NCBI RefSeq assembly: GCF_026571515.1 | Contig: NW_026855094.1 | Span: 1-64,000 of the forward strand | DNA: 64,000 nt | Direction: 5' to 3' | Source of the DNA: Ruditapes philippinarum | Lineage: Eukaryota | Part shown: positions 63,361 through 64,000 of the stretch, in pieces | How positions within the stretch are numbered: position 1 is the first letter of the stretch | Layout of the letters: the number at the start of each line of letters is the position of its first letter | Made by a program: the position numbers and the translations under genes | The notes under the pieces: generated by a model | What the model saw: the letters and a program-made list of their open reading frames with translations, nothing else | Told to the model about the DNA's origin: nothing | Databases searched by the model: none

Positions 63361-64000
63361 GGACGCAAAGATTTTGGTTGTTACGGAAAGGTGTTGCTCT
63401 AGACAGGTTAAATTCAAAGTTAAATTTTAATTTGGAAAGATTGTTAAGAGATTATTTCTATACAGAGGGTTGCTTTGCAGAGGTTAGTTCCCCTGTAGAT
63501 GTAATTTCACTTAGACTTTGTTTTGTAGAAAAACAGTAATATATAATTTTGCATTTACTTATCATATGTGATCCAATTTTTTTAACAGTGGGGAAGTGAA
63601 GTACATGTATAGGTGTTGGGTAGGATTTTTGAAAAGTAAGGGTGGAATAGGTGTGTCAGTTACATAACTGTACACTGATAATGATGACGTTAGGGTAAAT
63701 GATTAAAACAAGTTAGACTTAAATCAACTGATGCTGATATTAGAAATGTGAACCAGGAAAACCCATTGTATCATACAAATAATTTTTTGTTTATTTCATA
63801 GAACGTAATGGTAAGAATTTAGTAAAGTCTGAAAATAAGTGCTTTATCTTCTTGAATTGGCATTATCTATTAAACAGTTAATATGTCAAGTAGGTTAAAA
63901 TTTCTACAGCTTTCTTGTTTTCAGATAAGTTAATTGAAAAACATATATTTTTTAGCATGTACAAATTCAGCATACTTTGTCTTTTACTTTAAATAAGCAT

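Overview
AT-rich eukaryotic genomic DNA with spliceosomal GT-AG introns. The repeat complement (tRNA-head SINEs, Helentron-associated elements with central tandem arrays, L2/CR1-like LINE relics) suggests a marine invertebrate, probably a bivalve mollusc (inference only). Five spliced genes were reconstructed by hand. (1-3) A tight cluster of three highly diverged calmodulin-like four-EF-hand genes: A on + (10462-13273), B on - (13482-16807, one exon broken by a 352-N gap) and C on - (17177-27721). They keep calmodulin intron positions but each retains a different subset of Ca2+-competent loops. (4) OBI1/RNF219 RING E3 ligase on - (39572-55210, 7 exons, 1183 aa) with a very long low-complexity tail. 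(5) SLC10A7 on + (55495 to at least 63041, 10 exons), head-to-head with OBI1 across only 284 bp. The rest is nested transposons, a ~2.3 kb local duplication, satellites and several stretches that look like low-quality sequence. There is no CRISPR array or prokaryotic system. Most ORFs in the supplied track are spurious or single exons. The most interesting items are the CaM-like trio, a TSD-less element family with a 4.2 kb member, decoy duplicated splice acceptors in both OBI1 and SLC10A7, and candidate short linear motifs in the OBI1 tail.
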